Shown here in pieces: positions 38,867 through 52,596 of a stretch of DNA of 64,000 nt. The stretch is from NCBI RefSeq assembly GCF_026571515.1, contig NW_026863539.1, forward strand, positions 1-64,000, read 5' to 3'. Position numbers and translations under genes: made by a program. Each line of letters opens with the position of its first letter. The first letter of the stretch is position 1. This stretch comes from Ruditapes philippinarum (Eukaryota). The notes under the pieces were generated by a model that made no database searches, had not been told where the DNA came from, and saw only the letters and a program-made list of their open reading frames with translations.

Positions 38867-41289
38867 ATGAGCGTAATGGTGAATTCGGTGGTGCATATCT
38901 TATTAGCTTCGAGTTTATATGGTAAAATATTTTTTTTTTCCTCGCGTTCTTAAGAGGAGTTTATTCTAATAATGAATATATATATTTTTTTAAAATATGC
39001 TGCTTCTTACAGTAGGCAATAAAAACGCGACAGTCATTTTAAGTGCTTTACGTGTACTCGGAATAAATATAAAAAAAACTACTAGATGGATCATAAATAT
39101 CTTAATCTAAATGAAAGTTATAATCGCGTTTGTCACCTGTAAAAATCATTTGCTTTGAACTATCGTAAACTTATTTTGGAAAAGGAGCTTAAAAAGGAAT
39201 TTTAATACCAATTTAAGTCAATAGTGGTTCTTTAATGTATTTTTGCATATAAATATGATTTCTAAATAATTAAATAATTTAACACAAGAAAATTAGCACT
39301 GATCAACATGTAGATTATTTTTTTATCATGAGAAGGCATAGATTTATTGAAAATCTATTCTTAATTTGTCTTTTCAATATTTTCCTTGTAGCGGCTGTGG
39401 AAGCAAACAGTTCTGAACCAAAGCCAAGAAAGGTAAATATGTATTTTTTTATTTACTTACTTCAAAGTCAAAGTATCATTTCACTTAATTAGCAGTTTGT
39501 TTTCTGAACATGTGGACCATTTCAAATAATGATTAATTCAACTAAATTTTCGCATTGTGTAATAGTAGGTAGATCTGCAATTTATTAAGGCATAATATTA
39601 AAAGATAAAAACAGTTTTGAAATATTGTTTATTAGTTTAAACAGTTTAAAGCAACAAGTTTTGTATTACATTGTGGTCATTTAAAATCTAAGCTGTATTG
39701 TTCTTTTTCTATTGCGACATATACATGGTCTCTAAATAATTATATGAAACCAAGTTATCTTAATATCAACTTCATATCAAGTTAGTTCAAGTCTATTATG
39801 AATATTGTTCAATGCAATATTTGAAGAAAAAGAAAAACAGACGAAAATGTGGCACCAATGAATGCAGTCCTAGGTGTTTGGGTGCATCTGGCAAAACAGT
39901 ATAACAATGTAGCTCTTAATCTTAAGGAGATATTTTCTTTATCTATTCTTACTATATTTTCATGACTTAAGGCGAACAGATACCTTCTTGAGAAGTGGGG
40001 AAAATGGTATACATTTTGTGACATCAATCATGATGGTGTGATATCTCTGGAAGACCCTAAACATTTTGAGTATGTTCATATACATTACATTTATCAAAAG
40101 TTTATTACGGTCATAAAAATGTCCGAACATATCCAATGCGCGAGATACTTGAAGTTGAAAGCTCAAGCCGGTGCTAAGGGGCGCGAGGTATTTTGCACTT
40201 AATCATTATCCCTAATGTACAGACTTAATCAAACCGATTCTGCAATTTTCATGTTATTTTGTTGTGATTAATGCTTCCGAGGGATCAAAGTTGAAATGAA
40301 AGCATAACAAAATGTGTAGATAAACAATACATTATCCAAAATCAAATTAAGTGTAATCAATGGACTTTTACAGTGTTATGCAAATTATCTATCACACTGC
40401 TACTTTTGGAATATACATAGTTACTGGTTGACATGGTTTTATTTGTAATACTGTCTGTGCGTAGTTGATCTACCAATGGAAAAACGAATAAAAACCTAAT
40501 TTGTTTACTATTTAAAACTGGAAAGTTCCATTAATTTCGCCGCCCTTCAGACATTATGTCAAACTATATATCAGCACAATTTTTCTTGACGATATTTGCT
40601 ATTAAATATCACGTATATAAAGGGAATTTTGTACTTTTCAGCAAAGATCTTTCCCGTAATTATTGTTACAATGTATTTATAGAGAAATATTTTGCAAATA
40701 TCATTTTGTCTATCAGAAAAAGAGATTACCTTACTGTCATGACAATTCATTTGTACTTCAAAAACATATTTTAAAATGTAATCATATTATACTGTAAACT
40801 TTATATACTGTAGCAGATAAAAAAACAAATTTGACTGATATTTTCAACAGGAGTTTTTACAAGGGTTATGATTGCGCAAGAGATGAAAAGCAGAGCTCTT
40901 CATTGGAAACAATGGTTCAACTATGGAAGGCAGTCCATTTATTCAACAACACGGAAATCTCTCAAGCCGAATTTGTACAAACAGTTAAGCAACAATTTGA
41001 ATCAAACAATACCGCTTTCTATGAGTTGGTTCGTGTGTATATGTCTGAATTGAGCAAATTCATAGATTGTAATGCAGACGACCTAATATCAAACGACGAA
41101 TTTCTAACGCTCCTGAACGCTTTGGGACACAACAATACAGCACAAAATGAAAAACAATTCTTTTCCATACCGGATATTAATGGAAAAGTCCCCCCAGCAG
41201 TTGTAGTTGCAAATTTCATGCGCTTTGTATTTGAAAACGACAAATCAAAGCCGGACATTTTCAAAAACTCACTTGATTATGGTATATAA
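38867..41289 (+). CDS. Signal-peptide-bearing sarcoplasmic calcium-binding protein/calexcitin-like EF-hand protein, copy 1
   Basis: Exons 38867-38921 (MSVMVNSVVHILLASSLY), 39392-39432, 39972-40069 (YLLEKWGKWYTFC-DINHDGVISLED), 40851-41289 (EF3 DCNADDLISNDE). Phases 1/0/2 join without stops. AATAAA at ~41356. Confidence 0.9.
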
Positions 41290-41852
41290 GGTTTATACAA
41301 AAGTGTGTGTTTAATTGTGTAAAAGTATATTAGATGTGTAATCTATTATAAGGAAAATAAATATGTTCATGTAAAACAATAATTTCTGTGATTATTTATC
41401 CATCCGTTGATGACATTTTAAATTTATGCAATACCTATATGTCACGGTGCATTCTGTACCTTTCATTTTATTTGGTATGAAGTTGTAAAATAGGGAAAAA
41501 TTGAATCCCGAAAGAAAGCCCCCGAAAAAAATAATAATGGCTGCATTTAATGACCCATATTTCACGCTGTGTTAGACATTTCGGATTTCACCTTGTAACT
41601 CTGAATATAATCAAGTTAAAAAATTTAATTTTTATACCGGTAACTTATTATCAATATTAGAATAATATTTTATACTGTGACCTCTGGAGACTTCTTTAAA
41701 AAGTAATAATTTAATGAAAAATTTCTACTATAAACTTCAATGTAAAAAGAAAACAAATTAATTACTTTCTTTTGAGATTATGACATTAACGTTCGCTTAT
41801 CCGTTTATGTTTTAAGCTGTGCACTAATAATAAGTTATTGAAGTAAGATATC

Positions 41853-42072
41853 ATATGAGCCGCGTCATGACAAAACCAAATTAATGGGTTTGCGACCAGC
41901 ATGGATCCAGACCAGCTTGCACATCCGCGCAGTCTGATCAGGATCCATGCTCTTCGCTATCAGTTTCTCTACTTGTTATAGAGTTTGTAAGCGAACAGCA
42001 TGGATCCTGATCAGATTGCGTGGACGCGCAGGCTGGTCTGAATCCATGCTTGTCGCAAACCCATTATGTTTG
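41853..42072. mobile_element. Foldback (palindromic) MITE-like repeat
   Basis: ~77-bp arms TAATGGGTTTGCGACCAGCATGGATCCAGACCAGC...GGATCCATGCTCTTCGCT / AGCGAACAGCATGGATCC...TGTCGCAAACCCATTA, with few mismatches. Confidence 0.85.
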
Positions 42073-42494
42073 GCGAATACACGAGGACACTTATTGGTCG
42101 TGGGATACTAAATTATACCCAAATGTCATCAAGAGCTTTTATGCATGTGGAAGGAATGGTATTTTTCAGGCTGTAAACGAAATATTTAGAGAGATGACAT
42201 TTGGTGATAGGTAATTTGAATGAATTGTAGTAAGTTTTTTTTCTTTTTGTTAAATTTGAAATTAAAGTCTATCAATTTCAATTTTAATTTTCTTAAAACA
42301 GCCCTGACAATGTCAGAATTGTCAGCAAAAAATAAAATTGCGGTACCATATGGGGAAATCTTTAAAAGTAGTCTCATTGAAAACTGTGTGACTCAATTTT
42401 GATAATTTTCACTGTGAAATTATCAAATATAATTTTCACGGATAAATCAGTAATCCACTCAAAAGCATTGAATAAATTCAAACAATTTTGTTAC

Positions 42495-42760
42495 GCGGAT
42501 GAATATCATTTTAATCAATGAAAATTGCTCGGCTATTTCCGTAAAGCTTCTCGGCTATTTCCGTAAAGCTTCAGATTATTGTGATCGCCTAAATGGATAT
42601 TTGTTAGTTAGACTTTCTGAAAATTAAGTAGGGATGTTGACTCTAGGACATGGAGGTTAGGTAGTCGTTGATCGATAATCAGTTTCTTTCTTGTAAGTTC
42701 AGCACCCGATAATTTAATCCATATAAACAAAGCGCTAATTTTAGCGTATTACACAAAGAG
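42495..42760. repeat. Interspersed repeat, inverted relative to 51150-51385
   Basis: TTAATCAATGAAAAT.GCTCGGCTATTTCCGTAAAGCTTC and GGATGTTGACTCTAGGAC occur reverse-complemented at ~51250-51378. A 22-bp tandem duplication is at 42528-42571. Confidence 0.75.
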
Positions 42761-42814
42761 TAGTGAAATATTATATACATATGAGACGATTTTTTCTAAA
42801 TCATTTCGCAGATG

Positions 42815-43029
42815 GTTTGTTTGTTTGTTTCATTTTACGCCTTTTCAGGCAGTTTTTCAGTCATATAGGCGGGTAGTTTCCTTACTATCGTTCTTGGAGA
42901 GTTACACCAGTACTAGACTACCTTCCTCGGCGCTAAACTACCAAAGCATCTCCCGGGGATCGAACCCACGCCAGAGAGGTAACTGGATTAGAAGTCATCG
43001 ACTCTAACCCCTCGACTATGGAGACGGTA
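42815..43029 (-). mobile_element. tRNA-derived SINE, family 2
   Basis: Reverse complement of 38278-38499. Confidence 0.9.
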
Positions 43030-43373
43030 ACATAACAATTAAAACGACGCGTGACACTTATATATTAGCTCCAACATACATCAATGTTAAACAACAGGTT
43101 TACCATGATACAAACAGTAATTTAGAATAATCTGGTTTGCTTCGGTCTTTTTTCTTATTGCTTCCCCGTGGTCCTGGGGTTACACGCTCGGTTAAGAGTC
43201 GAGAAGTCTGGGGTTCAAATCCCAGCTAAGGCAACTCATATTATATTTTTTCTTTTAAATTGTTTAAACCAAATAAACATTGCATTGAATATCAGTGTTG
43301 CAATTAGCCTTATAGCCAATTTGCTATACAAAACAATTTAGTTTATAATCTGACAACCTTCACCTTTCTTACA

Positions 43374-46300
43374 TTCTGAGACCCAAACAAAATCAGCGCC
43401 TTCTGTGCTTTTTTTTTATTTATAAACTCGAGGCGTCGATTTGTAAGGTTTCAGAGATTTCTTCATTCCCAATACAGTCCACATTAAGTCATTTGGCGTT
43501 GATGATAACGAGGACGCTGATTTGAAAGCTTCAACGTAAAGTTTCCCGAAGAGCACGGTTTGAAAACGTGAACGATAAATGGATTTCCAGTCACCGCAAA
43601 TGCCTCGAAGTATTGCTTATGAAGCTTACGTCGCTGTATAAGGATCTTAAATCCTGATTATTGACGTACACGTATTCCATTTTTGTCGCTCAGACATGAA
43701 TTCAGTTACAGGCTCTGTGGCATTTTTAGGACATACCTCATATATTTATGCAACGTATGCATGTATTTATTAAAAAAATAATGTTACTTCTTGGATTGTA
43801 TAATTTTTATCGGTATGTAGCTTTTAGATTTTCAAAGCAGAGTCCGGCTGCGAACGATTAATTTAAAACGAATTCATACGACAATTGAAAGGCGGTTTTT
43901 TTAATAAAATCAATGTGCTTTCAGATCTAATCATTAACATTTACTTTTGAATGATTAACTTGACAATGTCAAGCTTTCCACTGAAAGAAAACATATAGAA
44001 CAGGTGTTTCTTACAAATAATATCATTTATAAAAGATATAAATTCAACAGCAAAATAAACTGTTTGCTGGTGACATTAAAAGTATACGTAAAGAACCATG
44101 AGATAAAGGTACAAAGCATGTTGTATATTAATATAGTGTTAATACACCTTTTGCTGCACCTGCGCAGACGCACGAAGACACATTTTAAGCCCGAGCTCGC
44201 AGGACATTATAATAAATTAATAAATAATATATTAGTAAGGTGTATTAATGCTGTTCTCGCAAAAAAGTATGCGTCAAATTCTGCATCTAATAATGCAATA
44301 AATGCAATAATAATGATACTAATGATAATATGATTATCATTATTTCACTGATCAGAGTGTATTAACGCTGTTAAAAGCATAAAAGTATATACGTCAAATT
44401 CGAAAATTCAACGTTTCATTATCCGTATGCCTTTTATGCGCTAGTGCGATGTCATTTGACTTTTTGCCTTTTGTTTTGATTATGGAACTAACGGGGCCCT
44501 TATTGCGATAAGTTAATTTTATAAGGTGTTTTTGGCCAGGCATAAACAAAACGTTTAATTAAGGCAGTCGTGTATACATGCGTGCGCAGCTGTTTTGCCT
44601 CAATTACAATTTCAAAGTTTTTTTTTTCAAGTGGAACGCATTCTTCATTTTTGTAATTTCACATATCAAAGTGATTGATATATTGTAACAATATTTAATC
44701 CTGCATAAAATCTCTACAAGTATTATGCATAATATATCACTTTATCCCTTTTATATTTAAGTAATCTGTATAACAATTAAGAAAGATCCAATAGATAATG
44801 AGATGGAACGACGGTTAAATACGAGTACACTCATTAACAACAGCATAATGAACAGATGTGTTGTGTTTATAAAGCTGTTTTAACCACCGACCCCTCTGTA
44901 AACAAGCTAGATAGCTTCCTGACATATAAGAATCCAAAGGACCTGGCGGAACAGCTGCTCGAATCTGTCCTCAACATCAAAATCATGATATTTCCAAAAC
45001 AGTTTAACGATATGAATAACAGTTTAATAATTTGAAGACTTATAATGTAATTCTAAACAGATTGGAATTATATTTGATGTTGTAGACACATCTGTTCTCG
45101 CAAATGCAGGTAAATGTTAATACAGATTCACGAAATATGCGTCATTCAATGTATGGTTTACGAAGAAACACGTTTGCTTGATTTTTATAATGTCGTTGGC
45201 TATACGTCTTTAGATCTTGCGTCTAAAATGAATTTCAGCTGCAAGACTTCAAACACGTAATTAGTAAGTAAAGCTAATATATGTAATAGACTGTTGTAAT
45301 GTTGAACAATATTTAAACATGAACATCAGCTTCATTAGGATGATGGTGAATTTGGTGGTGCATGTCTTATTAGCTTTGAGTTTATATGGTAAAACATATA
45401 TCTTCTCTTCACGTTCTTAAGAGGAGTTAATTTTAATGAGGAATTTTTTTTATATATGTTGCTTCTAAAACGCGACAGTAATTTAAAGTGCTTTATGTAC
45501 ACTCGGAAGAAATATAAAAAACTACTAGATGGATCATAAATATCTTAATCTAAATAAAAGTTATAATCGCGTTTGTGAACTGTAAAAATCATTTGCTTTG
45601 AACTACCATAAACTTATTTTGGAAAAGGAACTTAAAAAGGAATTTTAATACCAATTCCAGTCAAAAGAGGTTCTTTTATGTAATTTTAGATATTAATATG
45701 ATTTCTGAATAATTAAATAATTTAACACAAGAAAATTAGCACTGAACAATATGTAGTTTATTTTTTATCATTAGAATGGATAGATTTATTGAATATCTAT
45801 TCTTAGTTTGTCTTTTCAATATTTTCCTTGTAGCGGCTGTGGAAGCAAACAGTTCTGAACCAAAGCCAAGAAAGGTAAATATATATTTGTTTTGTTGATT
45901 TATTAACTTCATAGTCAAAGTATCATTTCACTTGATTAGCAGTGTGTTTTCTGAACATGTAGACCATTAAAATTAATGATTAATTCAACTAAATATTCAC
46001 ACTGTGAAATAGCAGGTAGATTTGCAATTGATTATGGACTAATATTAAAAAGGAATTAGTTTTGAAAAATTTTAAGCTACATGTTTTGTATTACATTGTG
46101 GTCATTTAAAATCTAAGCTGTATTGTACTTTTTCTATTGCGACATATACATTGTCTCTAAATAATTACATGAAACCAAGTTATTTTAATATCAACTTCTT
46201 TTCAAATTAGTTTGTTCTGTGCAATATTTGAAAAAGAAAAATATCAGACGAAAAGGTGGCACAAAGGAATGCAGTCATAGGTGTTTGGATGCATCTGGCA

Positions 46301-48452
46301 AAACAGTATAAAAATGTAGTTCTTAATGTAAAGGAGATATTTTCTTTATATATTTTTACTATATTTTCATGACTAAAGGCGAACAGATATCTTCTTGAGA
46401 AGTGGGGAAGATGGTATACATTTTGTGACATCAATAAAGACGGAGTCATATCTCTGGAAGACCCTAAACATTTTGAGTATGTTCGTATACATCATATTAA
46501 ACGGAAGTTTATTACGGTCATAAAAATGTCCGAACATATCCAATGCGTAAGATACTTGAAGTTGAAAGCTCAAGCCGATGCTAGGGGCGCGAGGGATTTT
46601 GCACTTAATCATTATCCCTCATGTACAGACTTAATCAAACCGACTCTGCAATTTTCATGTAAATTTGTTGTGATTAATGCTTCCAAGGGATCACTTTAGT
46701 TTTTATACATGAAGTTGAAATGAAATCGTAACAAAATGTATAGATAAACAATACATTATCCAAAATCAAATTAAGTGTATTCAATGGACTTTTACAGTGT
46801 TATGTAAATTATCTATCCCACTGCTACATTGGGATTATACATAATTACTGGTTGGCATGGTTTTGTTTGTAATACTGTCTGTGCGTAGTTGATCTAGAAA
46901 TGGAAAAAAAAAGAATAAAACCCTGATTTGTTTACTTTTTAAACTGGAAAATCCATTAATTCCTCTGCCCTTCAGACATTTTGTCAAACTTTATATCAGC
47001 ACAATATTTATTGACGATATTTGCTATTTAATATCACGTATATAAAGGAAATCTTGTACTTTTCAGCAAAGATCTTTCCCGTAATTATTGATATAATTTA
47101 TTTAAAGAGAAATATTTGCAAATATCCACTTTTGTCTAGAAGAAAAAGAGATTACCATACTGTCATTACAGTTCATTTGTACTTGAAATATATTTTATAA
47201 GGTAATCATATTACACTTTAACCTTTATTATTCTGTAGCAGATTAAAAACAAACTTCATTGATATTTTCAACAGGAATTTTTACAAGGGTTATGAATGCG
47301 CAAGAGGCGGAAATCAGAGCACTTCATTGGCAACAATGGTTCGCCTATGGAAGGTAGTCCATTTATTCAACAACACGGAAATCTCTCAAGCCGAATTTGT
47401 ACAAACAGTTAAGCAACAATTTGAATCAAACAATACCGCTTTCTATGAGTTGATTCGTGTGTATATGTCTGCGTGGAGCAAGTTCATAGATTGTAATGCA
47501 GACGACCTAATATCAAACGACGAATTTCTAACGCTCCTGAACGCTTTGGGACACAGCAATACAGCACAGAATGAAAAACAATTCTTTTCCATACCGGATA
47601 TTAATGGAAAAGTCGCACCAGCAGTTGTAGTTGCAAATTTCATGCGCTTTGTATTTGAAAACGATAAATCAAAGCCGGACATTTTCAAAAACTCACTTGA
47701 TTCTGGTATCTAAGGTTTACACGAAAATGTGTTTAAATGTGTAAAAGTATATTAGATGTATATTCTATTATGAGGAAAATAAATATTTTCATGTAAAACA
47801 ATGATTTCTGTGATTATTTATCCATCGGTTGATGAAATTTTGAATTTATGCAAAACTTGTATGTCACGATGCATTCCGCTTGTTACTCGTACCTTTCATT
47901 TTATTGTGTATGAAGTTGTAAAATTGAGAGAAACAGAATCACTGAAGGATGCCCCTCACCCACCCACCCCCAAAAAAATAAATAACACGGTGCAATCCGC
48001 TTGTTACTCGTACCTTTCACTTTCTTGTGTATGAAGTTGTAAAATAGAGAGAAACAGGATCACTAAAGAATGCCACCCCCCCCCCCCCGAAAAAAAATAA
48101 ATGAAATAAAAAAATAAAATAAATAAATAAAAAATGCTGCATTTAATGATTTATAATTCACGCTGTGTTAGACATTTCGGACTTCACCTTATTACTCTTA
48201 TTGAAATCAAGTTAAAAAATTTAATTTTAATACTGGTAACTTAGAATTAATATAAGAATAATATATTCTATACTGTGACCTCTAGAGGCTTCTTGAAAAA
48301 GCTATAATTTAATGAAAAATTTCTACTATAAACTTCATTGTAAAAAAAATCAAATTAATAATTTTCTTTTGAGATTATGACATTAACGATCGTTTATCTG
48401 TTTATGTTTAAAAATCTGCACATATAATAATTTTATTGTTATAAGATATTTC
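43374..48452 (+). repeat. Segmental duplication copy 2 of the EF-hand gene unit
   Basis: Colinear with 27445-27815 plus 35443-41852, without the large transposon and the MITE/SINE. Confidence 0.9.
45319..47713 (+). CDS. Signal-peptide-bearing SCP/calexcitin-like EF-hand protein, copy 2
   Basis: Exons 45319-45388 (MNISFIRMMVNLVVHVLLALSLY), 45834-45874, 46379-46476 (DINKDGVISLED), 47275-47713. Intact and close paralog of copy 1. Confidence 0.9.
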
Positions 48453-49415
48453 ATGTCCTTTTATAAGCTCATCTTAATGCACACGTCACGTTGTAAGAGA
48501 CGTTGTCCGGAAGGGAATTTTGAGCTCTGCGCTGCTGACATGCGTTTGCATGAGAACTACAGAGAACCGTTACGCACAAATGTTTTCTTACTTCAAGAAT
48601 AGGTCGAGTTATAAGCATTTTCGATAGTAGATATGTATTTTACTTTGATATTGCATACAAACCAACTTGCGGATCAAACGAGAATGTAAGAGGATATGAC
48701 ATGCCAAAACCGTTGCGAACGTTTTGAAGCAACATTAATATCGAAAGTAGTAAATTTCGTAACGAAATGTGCACGGATCTTCAGAGTAGTTTTCTATCTT
48801 AATTCATACAGTTGATATAAAAAATACAAATGAAAAAAAATCCGTCTCTTACAAAGAAATCAGAAAAGTACAATACAGTTTCATTTCATGAAATAAGAAT
48901 TTCATGAAATAAGAGCCCCGTTAGATGAACAGGGAAGTGTTTCTAGAAAATGTCCAGTATACACACCCCCTACGCCCCATACTACTGTTGATATATAAAT
49001 GTACGAGATATTACAGCATTACGGTTTCCGCTGGTCATTTCTTCTCAGAAAGTAAATCCCCTAACGTGCTACATTTTGCAGAAGATAGAAATAGAATCAG
49101 AGCGCAGCAGATGGTGACTTTTGTATCAGCGTCATTACCCTTTTTATTGAGATGTCAACTGTTAAAGGGACGTAATTGCCATTAGGTTCTGAATGACCAT
49201 GGTCAACGGGAGATAAGCGAATTTGTGTTCACTTTCTTTCTAACCTGTTATTCTTGTTACCGTATAAAACTTGGAGAACACTTTGTTCCAAAATGTTCAA
49301 CGTTGATTCTTTTTGGTGATTTGTCTGAGATATTATGACAGATATATATCATGTTAGTGTGAATAAAATTTTTATAGTATTGATTATGACACGTTATGGG
49401 GATGAATCATATGTA

Positions 49416-49543
49416 TTATGATGATGATGATGAAGATGATGATAATGTTGGAGGTGGTGGTGTTGGTGATGATGATGATGATCAGGATAATGACGACGAT
49501 GACGTCGACGACGACGACGATGATGATGATGATGATGATGATC
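49416..49543. repeat. (GAT/GAC)n microsatellite
   Basis: Direct reading; explains the poly-Asp ORF 49396-49674. Confidence 0.85.
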
Positions 49544-49791
49544 AATTTACACAACTAATCATGAGTTATCTCTGTCTAATGATAAAAGGTATGATAACAA
49601 AACAGATAAGAAAACACATGTTACTAGTTCAACATTACCAAATAATTGTTTTATTGTCACACAAAAACATATGAGTTTTGCCTTGTCAAATTTAATTGTT
49701 TTGTATTATTTCGACAATTTCATTTTCTGCACAAATGTAACGGAAATGTAGATGTGCACATTTCTATTATGTTTTTCTTATGTGTATAAAT

Positions 49792-50196
49792 TATGGTGGC
49801 TGATTTCTGCCATTTCGTATCTTCGCCACTCAAATGTCGAAGACACGATAATTGGCATATCTATCGAGTTTTCGTGTTTCGTGTCTTCGCCCCGAAAGTC
49901 GAAATTGGCAAATTATCGTGACTTCGCTTTTCGAATTTTAGGCGAATACACGACAACACGACTAATTTAGGACGCCGATATGAAGATTTCTACCCACCAA
50001 CAGGAAATTTCTGCAGAAGAAAATCCCGTAGCCTATCAAGATATCATTATTTTGCCTAAAATATATCGTGTATTCGTGTCGAAGCCCTCAAAAGTAGATG
50101 GTGAAGTCAATATATGAGAATATAATGAGGTATTCGCCTTCGACTTTTGAGGGGCGATTACACGAAGACACGAAAAGGCAGAAATCAGCCACCATA
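49792..50196. mobile_element. IS3EU-type MITE (405 bp)
   Basis: 34-bp TIRs TATGGTGGCTGATTTCTGCC(A/T)TTTCGT(A/G)TCTTCG (32/34 match); flanks ATAAAT / ATAAAC (5/6 TSD match). Confidence 0.88.
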
Positions 50197-52596
50197 ATAA
50201 ACAAATGTAAATATTAACAAAGAACGAAGGAAAACTCGTTAAATAGCTACCATCAGTATTATCATAACAGGTGATACTCATTTACAAACATGAACACACC
50301 TGCAAATACATTTGAATTACAAATACATTAAAAAATGAAAATGGAACATTAGAAATAAAGTAAAAACCTTAAAGAATTTAATACTGACAACACTGATCAA
50401 ACTGTAATATTAGTATTAATTAAGCCTTATGCATGGTAATGTTATACAAAATATAACTGCAATATGCAGATCAGAAACTAACTTCCAAGCTTTAGCACCT
50501 CGCTCAAAATTGTCAGTTAATATTTGTCCTTGCTTGCATGCACGAACAATATTTGTAATGTATTTTGTTAAATAGCCCGCAGTAGTATATTCTTACTAGA
50601 ATCAAAGGGATGCGAGCTCTTGTGGTATATTCCGATTTCTGCAATGTAAATCGTACTGTATACCTGTATGTATTTTGCTGAATAAGTTTATTTTGAAATA
50701 CTAAAATTCACCGAGTTGCAGCGACTGCGTTTAGAATTTTGCTTTAACGGTTTGAGTTTGATACATACGGAATTTTGCATGACAAGAGTTTCTACTTGCA
50801 TCATGAAATCATTTATGTTCATTTTTATGACACCCACACTTTATCCTTGCATATACTGGCTAATTCTTATAAAATCGCTAAAACAATATAGTTGCCACGA
50901 CTAAAATTTGAACTCCTCTCACATTGTAAACGAGCGTGTAACCCCTCGGCCACGGTGATGTTATAAAACCATATTATTCTTAATTTAGAATCTCAATTTA
51001 TGGTTTGTAATTCTCATTAATTTCTAGGTTGACCTGTTGTTTATCGCTAATGTTAATGTTTTGGCGAAAATCTTCTGTACTTTAAATATTTCACTACTCG
51101 CCAGTGAGATTTATTTGTGTAATACGCGCAAAAGTATTCGGTATTCGACAGCGCTAAACAAGCATTTTGTTTACGTGGATTAAATTTTCGGGGGCTTATC
51201 TTATGGTAGAAATTGATTATCGATCGTCGACTGCCCTAAATTTGTCCCCGTCCTAGAGTCAACATCCTTACTTTATTTTTCATAAAGTCTTAATACCTGT
51301 TCATTCAGGGGCGTTTAATTCCGATCACAAAAATTCGAAGCTTTACGGAAATAGCCGAGCCATTTTCATTGATTAAAATTATTTTCATCAGCGTATTTTT
51401 TTTGTTGTGCATTTATTGACAATTCAATAATCCAAAGCTACTTCTAAACTATGGATACGTGCTTATTTGATGGATACTTGTAACAAAATAAAAAAAATCT
51501 TTCTTTACAATCGCTAGTTTTAAGCTGTTTTGAGAACTACTTGTTGTTAGGTTTCTCGGTAAAAATTGTGCCTAAGGTTGATTGTCAGCTTTGTATTTCC
51601 TGATCTGCGATCAGAAAATACAAAAAGTGGCAAAATATAGTATGATTTAGTCACTAAAAACCAAGCTCCACATTTGAAAGGCATAATCCTATTTTTTCAA
51701 TCTTTTTGTATTAGATTGATGTTGCTAGCATTACTCATTATGGCTGTGAAAGGTAACTCTGTGAAGTTAAAAAGGTTTCTTACAAAATCTTAATCAAATA
51801 TTTATATTGTTTTTGATTAAAGGAACATTAAGGCCCAGAAACGTTATTTTTTCTCATTATGTAAAAAGAATATATGTATATGTTTTATAATGTTGATATA
51901 ATTAATTTAGAATATATGAGGTTCATCTGAAGAAAAGAGCGTTATGTGTGGTAGTTGGCACAATTGAAAGAGACCGGCTTTTTTACTTCCAAAGAAAGCG
52001 GTTTATAAATCACTATATAGCAATACTTATAGCAAAACCAAGAATCTATAGATAGTTCCGTTTTATGGCCAGTCAGATACATCTTGGAAATTGTAACGGT
52101 ATACATTAAAATAATTGGTTATTAATTCTCTTATCAAGTTTCTTTTGCATATGAATCTTAATTAGTATTTAGTGTAATCATGATTTTCATTTTGCAATGC
52201 ATACATTTTCACCTTAAGTAGTGCAGTTACGGATTGACTCTTTATATAATTTTAAGGAGTTAACCCGTTACTGCACTAAGTTGACGATATTCCATACAAT
52301 GGAATCTCAATATGTTTTACTCACAGTAAAGAAAAAAAACACCTTTAAAATTTCTTGTGTATTTTTATGAAAGACAATATTTTATGCACTACATGTTTTG
52401 GTTGTTTTATCATAGTTGAAGTACTGAATATTTAAAAAAAAAATCTTTAGTGGTATATTGGAACAAAACGTGTTCGCAAGTGAAGTGCTCGTATAGATTC
52501 CTCTACAGTTAAGCGATATTGATAAAGAAATAGTGAGTGGGAGATAAAGAGAATAAGTTTAGTTGTATACATTTGTTAATGAAGGACATAGTCGAC

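Larger units (their letters stand above)
35443..41852 (+). repeat. Segmental duplication copy 1 (together with 27445-27815) of the EF-hand gene unit
   Basis: Colinear with ~43374-48452, including upstream region, introns and 3' flank. Confidence 0.9.

Noticed and set aside
49396-49674. Asp-rich biomineralisation protein
   Set aside because: Only a (GAT/GAC)n microsatellite; no signal peptide or splice context.
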